The notes beneath the pieces were generated by a model that was not told the DNA's origin, did no database searches, and saw only the letters and a program-made list of their open reading frames with translations. From Octopus bimaculoides (lineage: Eukaryota): a stretch of 64,000 nt of DNA. The stretch spans positions 58,357,322 through 58,421,321 of the forward strand of contig NC_068992.1 of NCBI RefSeq assembly GCF_001194135.2. Direction: 5' to 3'. How positions within the stretch are numbered: the stretch's first letter is position 1; every line of letters begins with the position of its first letter. Below are positions 11,831 to 24,049 of this stretch, piece after piece. The translations under genes were made by a program, and so were the position numbers.

Positions 11831-12074
11831 CATTGAACCTTACTTCACAGTGAAATGGTTGTTAACAGGAAAGATTTTCACTTGACTTCTACTTCACAGC
11901 CGAATGGTTGTAAACATGAAAGACCTGCAATTGTGAAAAAAACAAAATGCCCCAACAAATGAAGCACTGTAGACATGCACGCATGCAAAAATAAATGCAA
12001 ATAAAAAATATGAAATATCTTACAATGACACAAATGCATATATTTATAAGAAGAAGGACATAGGTGACTGAATT

Positions 12075-13290
12075 AAACCCAGAATATAACTGGTACTAAT
12101 TTTCAAAAAGTTAAAAATTAAAAAAAAAAAAAAAATTATAATCATTCCAGTCAAGATTTGAACACAGAATGGAGAAAGACAAAACCAATTACTACAAAGC
12201 TTTTAATTCAACACTATAATGATTTGGGCTATTTTCACTGCCCCCAATAATAATAATAATGATAAAGGTTTAAACTTTTAGCCCAACACCAGCAATTCAA
12301 GACGAGAGAGTCAGTCAGTTACATTGCATACTTGACAAATATTTACTTTATCAACCCAGAAAGAATGAAAAGCAAAGTTGATCTCGGTGGAATTTGAACT
12401 CAGAATGTAATGAGTCAGAAGAAATACCACAAAATACTTTTTCTGACAGGGCAACAATTCTGCCAGCTGGCTGCCTCAATAATAATAATAATAATGCTTT
12501 CTGCTAGAGGCACATGGCCTGAAATTTCAGGGGAGGAGCTAAGTCAATTACATCGACCCCATTGTTCAACTGGTACTTATGTTATCAACCTTGAAAGGGG
12601 GAAAGGCAAAGTCGAACCTGGCGGAATTTGAACTCAGAGTCTAAAGACAGACGAAAAGCTGTTAAGCATTTTGCCCAATGTGCTAACGGTTCTGCCAGCT
12701 CACAACCTTCTCAATGATGACAATAATAATAATAATAATAATAATAATGGGTTCACATTTTGCCACAAGACCAGTAATTTCGGGGAAGGGGTTAAGTTGA
12801 TTACATTGACCACCCCAGTCGTCAATTGGCACTTATTTTATCGACCCCAGGAAGATGAAAGGCAAAGTTGACCTCAGTGGAATTTGAACACTAAATGTAA
12901 AGATGGACTAATAATATTATTATTAATAATAATAACAACAACAACAACCACTGAACCTGAAGAAAATTCTAACAGGGCCTCCACTTGCAAGGTCATGCAC
13001 AGTTTTTCTTGCAAATATGGTCGTGATACACATGCCTGGTGTACCCTTATCAGATGGGTAGTCAGGATGAGTATACTGGACTTTGTATATTTGTACCCCA
13101 GTATCCCTTTGATGGCATGCACTGCTCTCTCGCTCAATAATAATAGTAATAATAATTCTTTCTACTATAGGCACAAAATCTGAAATTTTGGGGGCAGGAA
13201 CTAACCAATTACATCAACCCCAGTGTGCAACTGGTACTTATTTCAACAACCTGGAAAAGATGAAAGGCAATGATGACCTTGGTAGAATAA
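12075..13290 (-). mobile_element. Train of five same-orientation SINE-A copies separated by (TAA)n
   Basis: Copies at about 12075-12245, 12265-12480, 12497-12710, 12745-12905 and 13160-13285. Confidence 0.8.
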
Positions 13291-14963
13291 TAATGATAAT
13301 AATGATGATGATGATGATATTTGTGGTGGATAAAACTACTCAAAGTGTTTCGTTTCTCTCTACATTGTGCATTCAAACGTCACTAGAGTCGATAATACTT
13401 TTTATTTTTCCAGTGGTGGGGGAATGGAAATCAAGAAAATATTGGAAGTACCAAGAAACTACTGGAGTTAATTCACTTGCTACACCCTTCACTTAAAAAT
13501 CTGTAGCACTGTGCAAACACACGACATAAAAATGATGAAAATAATAATAATAATAGTAATAATAATAATAACAATAATAATAATTATAATTCAGTAAGTG
13601 GTAATAAATTAATGCACACTCTATAATATAATACAGAAAAAATTATAAATAAAATGCATTTAATAACCTGTAAATGGTCAACTGTTTTCTTTAATTGACT
13701 TGCGTAGTTCCACGCTTGAAAAGCCTCTTGCTAAACATTTGTGGGGAATGAGACAAAGAGAGAGAGAGACACACAGGATGAGTGAATAAAAGTGTGATAC
13801 AGAGAGAGACAGAGAGAGGGTGAGAGAGCAAATAAATATATTCTCTCAAGAACAAATGTATTTCAACAAATACTGACTTCTTTTTACCAGGCACAAGGCT
13901 GTCTTTAAAATTAAGTTACATGGAGGAAGTGTGTGTGTGTGTGAGTGTATGTGTGTGCGCATGCGCGCAAAATGGCGTAGTTATCATGTTCATGCCTTTT
14001 CTAAAGACAGTAGAATAAATGTACTGAGATAATTTCAAATAGGAACTAAAACAGAGGAGGTGGGCTCACTTAACTCTGATTCTTTTAACATTGATCTCTG
14101 ATGAGAATATAAGGAGAAAGGAGATTATATGGCATGCATACTTTTCTCAAAAAGCATTTGAAATTCACCTATATTTATCTTAATAGCTGTGTTTCCATGT
14201 TAGCAGGGTTAAATGAAAATATTACAGAGACATTAGTTTGCAGCCGGATGCCCTTCCTGTCACTAATCCTCATCTGTTTTCAAAAGTGGGATATCTTATT
14301 ACATACACATCTCTGAAGAGACAGAGCCTGTGGATGATATATCAACAAGAAAATGACAGCAATAATTCATAGCTGAGCAATTTGTGGACAAGTGCAAAAG
14401 TAAACAAAAGAACACACACACATGGAAAGAACAGGCTACTTTCAGCTTCTGTCAATCAAGGCCACTCAAAGCTTTGGTCAACCCAGGGCACCCCAAACCA
14501 TTTGGTTTGGAAGTAAACTTCTCAACCACACAGCCATATCTATGCCTATGTAATGAATGTGAATAAAGAAATAACTACTGTATTTCCTGGCATACAAATC
14601 AAATAGACCAAAATTTACAGCCAGAATGGACAGGTTGACCTTATACACTAAGACAACTATGGAGGACAAAATTTTTACGCGAAATGCAGCAGGGTTTAGA
14701 AAGATAGTGATGATACTTGAATGTTTACTCTACGTGATTGCACTATATACTACATAGAACTTATGTTAAGAAAATACCGTACAGATGATGTTTGGAATGA
14801 AGGCTTGGAATGAAGACTACTGCTCTACAGTGCCTTTCCCAAAGACATTATTGTAAGTCCAAAACCCCATTAAATACATTTCCACCCATTTGTTTGCTCA
14901 AACATGTGAGGGCATGTACAATGTCTCTATATACATACATACATATATATATATATAGATATA

Positions 14964-15183
14964 TGAGGGGGAATGCTGAAAAGTTCCTGGCTTTAAGGAT
15001 ATCACAAAAGGCTTGATTGGAGGCCCAACTTTTTGAGTTCTTTTACAGGGCTTCGGAAAACTGAAGAATTGCTGTAATAAGTGTGTGAATCTGTGAGGGG
15101 AATATGTAGAATGAAATCATAATTAACTGATTTTCCTGTATTTTCTTTTACCCAAAGCCAGGAACTTTTCAGCACCTCCCTCA
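14964..15183. mobile_element. Tc1/mariner-type MITE
   Basis: TIRs TGAGGGGGAATGCTGAAAAGTTCCTGGCTTT / AAAGCCAGGAACTTTTCAGCACCTCCCTCA with TA on both sides. Confidence 0.85.
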
Positions 15184-15215
15184 TATCTATCTATCTATCT
15201 ATCTATATCTATATA

Positions 15216-15567
15216 GAAAAATGAAAAATAATAATAAGGCAGAATGCTAAACTGGAAGCATATTTTAATAAAGATTTCTCTAACCGGCTTTCATTGTGAA
15301 GCAAATTTTCAAGAAGAGGGAGAATGAAAATGTTTTTTACAAAAAAGTACAAAATGAAGAAAATAATATATAAAAAAATAACTATACCAATACATTATAT
15401 TGTCTTTGAGCTTTTGAAGTTCAATGGTAATCCATGTATATAATGGTTGGAAAAATAAGGATGCATGAGAGTTTGAGAGTTGTGTTGTTTAAAAAAAGAG
15501 GTTAAAAGTTTGTGTTAAGCAGGAAGTGTGGTGTCAAAACAGGAAATGTGTATAAGGGGAGACAAAT
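15216..15567. repeat. Interspersed repeat, copy 1 (runs into gap N 15568-16114)
   Basis: Highly similar to 36370-36737. Both copies start immediately after a TA-type microsatellite. Confidence 0.85.
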
Positions 15568-16114
15568 NNNNNNNNNNNNNNNNNNNNNNNNNNNNNNNNN
15601 NNNNNNNNNNNNNNNNNNNNNNNNNNNNNNNNNNNNNNNNNNNNNNNNNNNNNNNNNNNNNNNNNNNNNNNNNNNNNNNNNNNNNNNNNNNNNNNNNNNN
15701 NNNNNNNNNNNNNNNNNNNNNNNNNNNNNNNNNNNNNNNNNNNNNNNNNNNNNNNNNNNNNNNNNNNNNNNNNNNNNNNNNNNNNNNNNNNNNNNNNNNN
15801 NNNNNNNNNNNNNNNNNNNNNNNNNNNNNNNNNNNNNNNNNNNNNNNNNNNNNNNNNNNNNNNNNNNNNNNNNNNNNNNNNNNNNNNNNNNNNNNNNNNN
15901 NNNNNNNNNNNNNNNNNNNNNNNNNNNNNNNNNNNNNNNNNNNNNNNNNNNNNNNNNNNNNNNNNNNNNNNNNNNNNNNNNNNNNNNNNNNNNNNNNNNN
16001 NNNNNNNNNNNNNNNNNNNNNNNNNNNNNNNNNNNNNNNNNNNNNNNNNNNNNNNNNNNNNNNNNNNNNNNNNNNNNNNNNNNNNNNNNNNNNNNNNNNN
16101 NNNNNNNNNNNNNN

Positions 16115-16385
16115 CTAATGCCAACCACTCTGAGAGTGTAGTGGGTGCTTTTATGTGTCACCCGCACGAAGGCCAGTCAGGCGGTACTGGCAATGGCCAC
16201 GCTCAAATGGTGCATTTTATGTGCCACCCGAACAAGAGCCAGTCCAGGGGCACTGGCAACGATCTCGTTTGAAAATCCTATGAAGGCCAGTCAGGCGGTA
16301 CTGGCAACGGCCATGCTCAAAATGGTGTATTTTATGTGCCACCCGCACAAGAGCCAGTCCAGGGGCACTGGCAACGATCTTGCTA
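16115..16385 (-). mobile_element. RTE-tail-associated 66-bp-type minisatellite remnant beside gap
   Basis: Units GCCAGTCAGGCGGTACTGGC...AATGGTGxxTTTTATGTGCCACC, as at 39410-39478 and 58758-59090. Confidence 0.7.
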
Positions 16386-16393
16386 TTTCTTAA

Positions 16394-16504
16394 CCCCAGG
16401 AGAACATCTCCAACTGGTTAACAACCAGCTTCCCTGCTGGTTCCCCTGGTTGCAATACATCAGACACAAATTGTCATTAACCAGCCGGAGATGTTCTCCT
16501 GGGG
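16394..16504. mobile_element. 111-bp fold-back element (small TTAA-type MITE)
   Basis: 27-bp terminal inverted repeats CCCCAGGAGAACATCTCC(AA/GG)CTGGTTAA with 2 mismatches. Flanked by TTAA on the left and TTCA on the right. Confidence 0.6.
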
Positions 16505-16784
16505 TTCAAAAAGAATAGTAATATTGTTCCATATGGAACAGCCTGTTGATGTGGCAACGAACATTACTTTCCAGTATACTTCCTACTTGCATCTCTTACA
16601 GATTTTAGAACTAGCTACTTTGCTTATATATGATTTCCATAAAATCCAGATTGGTTATAAAACTATCACATAAACAATAGAACCAAGCAACAAACTATCA
16701 CAAGTATCCATGGTTAAATTACTTACTAATTGGTGAAAAACGCATGATGCCAACAGTTAAAACCATTTAAGGCATCTATATATG

Positions 16785-16815
<31 letters not shown>

Positions 16816-17396
16816 ACGTGTGTGTGTGTGTAGTAATGTCATGCCAACCTCCACTGTCCTTACCATAACATGAAGATAATTAAGGTAGTCAGGAAATAGA
16901 TAAGGCAACTGAAGTAGTCACAGTGTACAAAAGACTAATTAAGTGTAAAGTAGTTTTGAGACAAGGGCAACAGGATTTATTGCTCTGTTCATACCATAAA
17001 CAGGGCTGGCAAATGAGAAAACAAAATGACCATTTTCAGGAAGTACTTCTGCAAATAATCTTGATAACTATTAACAGAACCTTTGTTATCATGGCTGGTG
17101 TTTTTAAGAGACATCTCAGGCGACAGCATGATAGAGTCTATAGTATACATAGATATCATGAATACCGTTTATCTCTTACTTGTTTCAGTCACTGGACTGT
17201 GGCCATACTGGAGCATTACCTTGAAGGGTTTTAGTTGAACAAATCAACCTCACTTCTTATGGTTAGTTACTTGTTCTATCTCTTGGTTTCTTTCACCAAA
17301 CCACTAAATTACAGGGACATTAACAAACCAAAACTAGTTTTTAAATGGTAGTGAAGGACACACACACACACACACACACACAGACACACACACATA

Positions 17397-18662
17397 TCAA
17401 GTCATTAAGAATGAAATGTCTGATTTTAAACTGAAAGTTTATTTTACTTTATCTCAACAAAAAGCAATGCAGTTAATCAAAGTATGCACCTAAATTATCA
17501 ACACAATTTTGCCATTTTATCGGAAGTTTATTATTCTGGCAGCGAAGAATTCTGGAGAGCAAGAGGTGATGAAATTACGAAAGGCTGTTTTTGCATCTTC
17601 TTCAGATTTAAAGTTTTTTCCTTGCAAAAACTTGTTTAATGCCTGGAAAACATGATAATCATTAGGTGCAAGGTCTGGTGAATATGGTGGATGACAGAGT
17701 CTTTCAAGTTCAGTTCCTGCAACTTGAGTAGCATTCTTTGTGCAACATGTGGTCGAGCATTGTCTTGCAAGAGAACTGGCCTGTCTTTATTAACCAATCT
17801 TGATTGTTTAATTGCAAATTCACTCATCACTTCATCCAATTGGTTGATGTATACATCCGCTGTAATTGACCTACCAGGTCTCATGAAGCTGTAGCAAATG
17901 GCACCAGTGCTAGTCCACCAAACAGGTACCATTAGCTTTTTTTGGTGAATATTCTTTTTTGGATTGTGTGTTGGCACTTCGTCTCTATCCAACCACCATG
18001 CAGAATTTTGCTATTGTTGAAAAGAAACCAGTTTTCATCACACGTAACAATACAATGCAAAAATGGCTCACTTTTATGCCACGACAGTAAAGAAGAGCAA
18101 ATTTCAAGATGATGTGTCATTTGATGCTAATTCAGTTCATGTGGTACCCACTTGTCCAGCTTCTATACCTTGCCGATTTGTTTCAGATGGTCCAATACAG
18201 TTGGAATTGAAAAATCATACCTTGCTACTAACTCGTGTAGTTTGAGGTGTATCCACTTCCACTACAATTTCCAGCTCATCATTATCCACCTTGGCCTCAG
18301 ATCTACCATGGGGCTGATTTTCAAGAGTAAAGTCGCCAGACCGGAACTTCTCAAACCATCGAGGTACAGTGTGCTCATTTGCCACATCTTCACCAAACAC
18401 CTCATTGATGTTTCGAGCTGTCTGGGATGCATTGGTTCCATGAGAGAACTCATACTCATAAACAACATGAATTTTTGATCTATCCATAGGTTCACAAAAA
18501 TTGATTGACAAGAGAAAACTCACAATACAACCAGACACCATGAACTGCAATTCGAAAAGTGATGATGTAACTCTTCAAGAATTGTCAGGATAAAACATTA
18601 GAGTTAATGACTTTCAAACTTGGTACATAAGAAAATCAAACATTTCATTCTTAATGACCTGA
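17397..18662 (-). mobile_element. Full-length mariner (DD34D) DNA transposon, transposase inactivated
   Basis: TIRs TCA(A/G)GTCATTAAGAATGAAATGT(C/T)TGATTTT with TA TSDs. Minus-strand HTH (YEFSHGTNASQTARNINEVFG...RWFEKFRSGD), IVTCDENW, LLQDNARPH and PYSPDLAPNDYH motifs, split by frameshifts. Confidence 0.95.
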
Positions 18663-18665
18663 TAC

Positions 18666-18716
<51 letters not shown>

Positions 18717-18717
<1 letters not shown>

Positions 18718-19227
18718 CCTTTCTACTATAGGCACAAAGCCTGAAATTTGGGGAGACATGATTAGTTGATTACATCGACCCCAGTGTCCATTGACCCTGA
18801 AAGGACGAAAGGCAAAGTCGACCTCGGCGGAATTTGAGTTCAGAGTGTAAAGTTGGAAGAAAAGCATTTTGTCTGGTAGGCTCACAATTCTGCCAAGAAT
18901 GATTTTAAATTTTGGTATAAGAGCAGCAATTTTAGTGAGAGAGGGCTTAATCGGTTACATTGATCCCAGTACTGGGCTGGCCCTTTATTTTGTTGACCAT
19001 GGAAAAATGAAAGGCAAAGTCAACTTTCCAGAGGTTTTGAAATCAGAGCATAAAATATTTGAAGAAATGTCACGAAGCATTTTGTCCAACACATTAAAGA
19101 TTCCACCACATGCTGCCTTACTACTACTAACAACAACAACAACAACAACAACAGCAGCAGCAGCAGCAGCAACAACAACAACAACAACAGCAGCAGCAGC
19201 AGCAACAACAACAACAGCAGCAGCAGC

Positions 19228-19276
<49 letters not shown>

Positions 19277-20240
19277 AAGATGATTTCAAATTGTGGCACA
19301 AGGCCCGCAATTTTGGGGGAGGCGATAGGTTGGCTGCATTCAACTGGTATTCAACTTATTTTATCAACCCCAAAAGGGTGAAAGGCAAAGTTAACCTCAG
19401 TGGAATTCGAACTCAAAACATGAAGATGAAATGCTGCACAGCATTTCCGCTGGCGTGCTAACCATTCTACCAGCTTGTTGCCTTAACAACAACTACAATA
19501 ATGATAATGGCTTCAAATTTTGCCACAAGGGCAGCAATTTTGAGGGAGGGGATCAGTTGATTACACCGACCCCAATATTTCACTGGTACTGAATTTATCG
19601 ACCCCGAAAGGATGAAAGGCAAAGTCAACCTTTACGGAATTTGGACTTGGAATGTAAAGATGGATGAAATACTACTAAGCATTTTGTTCAGGGTGCTCGA
19701 TTCTGCCAGCTCAACACTTTTGACAAATTTTGGCACAAGGACAGCAGTTTCAGGAAGGGGGCTAAATCGATTACAATAATGATAATAATAATAATAGTAA
19801 TAAGCCCGGCTATGGAAAATGAAGAAGGTGAAGATAGTACCAATTATTGTCGAGCCCTTGATGACAGTATCAGAAGGCATCAAGAGGAGTATAAAGGAAA
19901 TTGGAATAGAATGCCCAGTAGAACTGTTACAAAAGATCTGCTTCCTTGGCACAGCCAGAATAATCAGGAAAGTGTTAGATAGTTGAAAAGAATGAATAGC
20001 ATGGTACTGTAGACTACAGGCAGCAAGCCCACTATGCATTCAAGATTCCAGGAGCTACAACAAAACCTGAGATAAAAAGAATAATAATAATAATGATCCT
20101 TTTTACTATAGGCACAAAGCCTGAAATTTTTTGGGGTGGGGGCAAAGTTGACCTTGGTGGAATTTGGTGGAATTTGGTGGAATTTGAACTCAGAATGTAA
20201 AGATGGTTGAAATGCCACTAAACATCTTTTCTGGTGTGCA
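18717..20240 (-). mobile_element. Train of SINE-A copies interleaved with (TAA)n and (AAC/AGC)n tracts
   Basis: Copies at about 18717-18895, 18905-19110, 19275-19485, 19510-19710 and 20095-20240. Compound (AAC)n(AGC)n at about 19128-19273. Confidence 0.8.
19805..20085 (+). mobile_element. Dong/R4-clade (restriction-like endonuclease) LINE, 5'-truncated 3' end
   Basis: 19807-19986 reads RLWKMKKVKIVPIIVEPLMTVSEGIKRSIKEIGIECPVELLQKICFLGTARIIRKVLDS*, the typical R4/Dong C-terminus (VPIIVGALG...LQKxxxLGTARIxRKVL). (TAA)n lies on both sides. Confidence 0.85.
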
Positions 20241-20339
20241 AAGAAGGTTAGCAGTTTCAAAGGGAGGGTATAAGTTTATTACATCAATTACAGGCCCCAA
20301 TTATACTTATTTATGGACCAGAAAAAGATGAAAGGCAAA

Positions 20340-20640
20340 CAATGGCAAGGGTTCCAACTGATCTGATTGACAGAAAAGCCTGCTTGTGAAATTAACATGC
20401 AAGTGGTTGACCACTCCACAGACATGCATACCCTTAATGTAGTTCTCAGGGAGATTCAGCATGATACAGAATGTGGCAAGTCTGGCCATCAGAAATAATA
20501 GGTTCTGTTCATTTTTGCCAGGTGAGTGGACTGGAGCAACATGAAATAAAATGTCTTGCCTAAAGACACAACACACCATTGAGAATCAAACTCACAACTT
20601 TATGATCATGAGCTAAATACCCAAACTATTAAGCCTTCAC
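20340..20640 (-). mobile_element. tRNA-headed SINE sharing its 3' half with the SINE at 7537-7894 but with a different head
   Basis: Reverse complement matches GCTGAAT..CC.GAGAACTAC.TTAAGGGTA..TGTCTGTGGAGTG..CA.CCACTTGCA.GTTAATTTCA of 7750-7860. Confidence 0.7.
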
Positions 20641-23384
20641 AAGTTTTCTTTTTTTCTTATCTAGAAATTCACTGAAACATCAATACTAAACTACTTTAGA
20701 GAAGAATTTTTTGCCATTTTTTTTCATTTTTATATTCAATTCAAATTTTAACTTCTATTGAAATTTCCTTCAGCTACAAATTTTTTAATACAAGTTGAAA
20801 ACGTTTTTTTTTTTTTTTTNNNNNNNNNNNNNNNNNNNNNNNNNNNNNNNNNNNNNNNNNNNNNNNNNNNNNNNNNNNNNNNNNNNNNNGTAGATTTCCT
20901 CCTGTTTTGGAGGTTAAAGAAACTAATTTTATTTTCGCTTAAAGATAATAATCTCAGTTTTATTTTTATCAATTTGACAATTCAGATAAGACAAAATTAA
21001 AAAAAAAAAAAAAATTGGAATTCCCATGTTTTAGATTTGAACTAATCACTGAATAGTTGACAATCCTATAACCACTCGGCCGACCATGTAGTTATTGTAC
21101 ATTGGAATAAAATGTAATAATTAAAAAAATAAAATGATCAATATTTTAATGACAAAAGAAAAAAAAATTGATATTGTAACCTTTAAATGAAAACTTCATT
21201 TCATTTATAAACAACAGAGAAAAGAAAGTTAGTAGAACAGGGAATTAAATGGGGAATACGCACACGGACACACACACATATAACGTATAACACAAAACAC
21301 AGTCAAAAGAAAAAAACAGCAAAAGGAGAAATGCAGGGAAGGGGAGTCAAATGAAAAACAAAAAAAAAAAACAAAAAGGAAAACCAAAAACTCTACACAA
21401 AAGAACAGGTAAAAATCATTTAGACATTTAATTAAAAGCTAAAATACTGTCTTCGCCTTGGATTGTTGCAGTTAATGTAGTATCATGCTTGACTGTCAAA
21501 AATATTAATTAACAGCAGTAGTAATTGTGGTGTTATGACCGTTATCATGATTATTATGATTGTTGTTGTTATTAGATAACGAGCTGGCAGAATTGTTTGA
21601 ATGTCAGACAAAATGCCCCACGGTAATTGTTCTGCCTCTTTATATTCTGAGTTCAAATCCTACTGAGGTCAACTTGGCCGTTCATCACTAGAATTGATAA
21701 AATAAAATACCAGACGAGCACTAGGGATACTCGGGCTGATGGTGTCAACTTACCTGCTCCTCTCAAAATTGCTGGTGTTGTGCCAAAATTAGAAAGAGTT
21801 ATTTTTATTATAATTATCAGTATTACTCTTGTTAAGGCAGAGAACTGACAGAATCATTAGCATGCTGGACAAAATGTTTTGTGGCATTTTTTCCAGCTTT
21901 ACATTCTAAGTTCAAATTCTGCCATGGTCAATTTTGCCTTTTGTCCTTTGAGGGTCAAGGAAATGAGTATCAGTTGAGCGATAGGGTCAATGTAATTGCC
22001 TAACCTCCTCTCTTCAAATTTCAGGTCTAGTGCCTATAGTAAAATGTATTATATTATTATTATTATTATTATTTCCTTTCTTGGAAATGTTTTTTTATCC
22101 AATTTTTACTAGTTTATTTGTCTTTTCACCTTGTGCTGTACTGAATACTTGATGTGGTTTTAGAATCAGGCTTTGACCACTATTTCAAGCATGGTGGTAT
22201 CTCTTAGATACCTTTATTTATAATTTTAATAGTTATTATAACCTATAAGGGTTTTTCTTTCCATGCTGCCTCTAGATTTGATCACTATTTNNNNNNNNNN
22301 NNNNNNNNNNNNNNNNNNNNNNNNNNNNNNNNNNNNNNNNNNNNNNNNNNNNNNNNNNNNNNNNNNNNNNNNNNNNNNNNNNNNNNNNNNNNNNNNNNNN
22401 NNNNNNNNNNNNNNATATATATATATATATATATATATAAATACACACATATACCTAGAGACAAATTACAGACAATAATTTTGAGTCTAGATGCATTTTA
22501 TGCATTATGATGTCTTACACAAGCTAATACTTGTTATATTATAGAAGTTTCAACCTAACAATGTAGTTTTGCTTAATTTCTATTTTATTTATTTATCATT
22601 ATTTATTTAATGATTCTGTCTTTTAATTTCAAACATAATGATCAAAAAGTAGACATCATTTTTATAGTTCTGAAACATCAGAGAGCTTGATACTTCTCAC
22701 CAGTCGTTTGTTCTTTGATCCTAATTCTGCTACCATTTGCAATTATTTATTTTAAAACATTTTTCTTCTTTCATTACAACAATATTTGATCTCCTAATTG
22801 TTTTGGATGCTGAAATCCAACACAATTTTGAGGCTTTTCAATTCAACTACACTATACAGCTAGTGTTTAAATCACCTTGCTTCAATTCTCAATGGACAAT
22901 TTATGAAAAAAAAAAAAAAAAAAAATCATTGAATATTTTTCAATATTCTTTAAAAACAAGTTTGCAACATTTACTTTTCAAATGTTACTCTTCCACCTTC
23001 TATATTTATAGTCATTTGCTTACTTAAGCCTTTGTTCCCATTGGAGCATAGACCATTGATGAATTTTCTCCACTGTGATTTTAAATGTGCTTTTCGTTTT
23101 TTTTTTTTTTAAGGTAGGTGTGTTGGCCCTATACAAACCATTTTTTTAACCCCTGGGATATCTTGTAGGGCCATTGAAACACAAGCGACCACATAGCAGT
23201 AAGGACTGGGATTCTATGTATATAGTGGTTGACCTTAAATCAATATAGAACTGATGGAATTAGTGTTTATAATTATACTACAAAGATATCCATATTTTCA
23301 TGTCAAGATTTAAGTTTAATTTCCTTCCTCAAAACCTTAAAACTACAAATGCATTTTCTTTTGTTTCCAAGTTCTATGGCCATT

Positions 23385-23610
23385 CTTAATACTTTTGATA
23401 TCAACCTGCCTGAGACTGCCCCAAGCTCTTTGATTTGAACCTCCAGTTTTAAAGTGATCTAAACTAAAACATTCCATCTCAATTTCATGAGGATTTATGC
23501 TCCAAATGCTAGCTTTAATAATAAAATTATTTCACTAAATTCTTCATTATTTTGAAAATTAACAGGAAGAAAGGTAGAATGTTTCAATAGAAATATGGTA
23601 GCAAAAGGTT
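23385..23610. mobile_element. Decayed TTAA-type MITE related to 49350-49564
   Basis: Shared start TTTGATAxCAACCTGCCTG. Ends ...AAAAGGT|TTAA. Confidence 0.5.
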
Positions 23611-24049
23611 TAAAATATTTCTTTTTCAATTGTTCAATCAAAATTATTCTAGCTGCCTGTCAATTGAAACCATTTAATGTAAGAACTACTGGGAAATTGA
23701 TGTTTTTCAAGCATTAGTTATACACTAGGCCTTATATGGAATGGTTTCAACTCACAGATGGCACCATGTCTCTTCAATTACACTGTTTTAATGCTTTTAG
23801 GAAATATTTTAATTTGAAAATATCTCATGCTTTATCTTCTGAAATATAGGGACTTTGTGCACAGTAAAAAGAAGTCAATGTTTGTATTTCTTTTTATTGA
23901 AATTAAGACTAGAGGTGTATAAGTATAAACACTATTTCTTGGAAACCTCAAAAATTCAGTCAGTACTGGTTCAGGACTAATTTGTGGTATGTAGGTACTC
24001 GAGTGAATGATAATGCATAATTCACAAATCCACAGCTTCAGATGTACTA

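Noticed and set aside
18869-19381. 170-aa ORF with poly-Thr/Ala, and antisense poly-Val/Leu ORFs
   Set aside because: Translation of an (AAC)n/(AGC)n microsatellite between SINE copies. The same applies to 32756-33007 and to the poly-Ile and CV/HT ORFs throughout.
20151-20190. Triplicated 11-mer TTGGTGGAAT(T)
   Set aside because: Local slippage inside a SINE-A copy.
19805-20240. Idea that SINE-A is mobilised by the Dong/R4 element
   Set aside because: The 3' ends share no similarity, and the two lie in opposite orientation relative to the (TAA)n strand.
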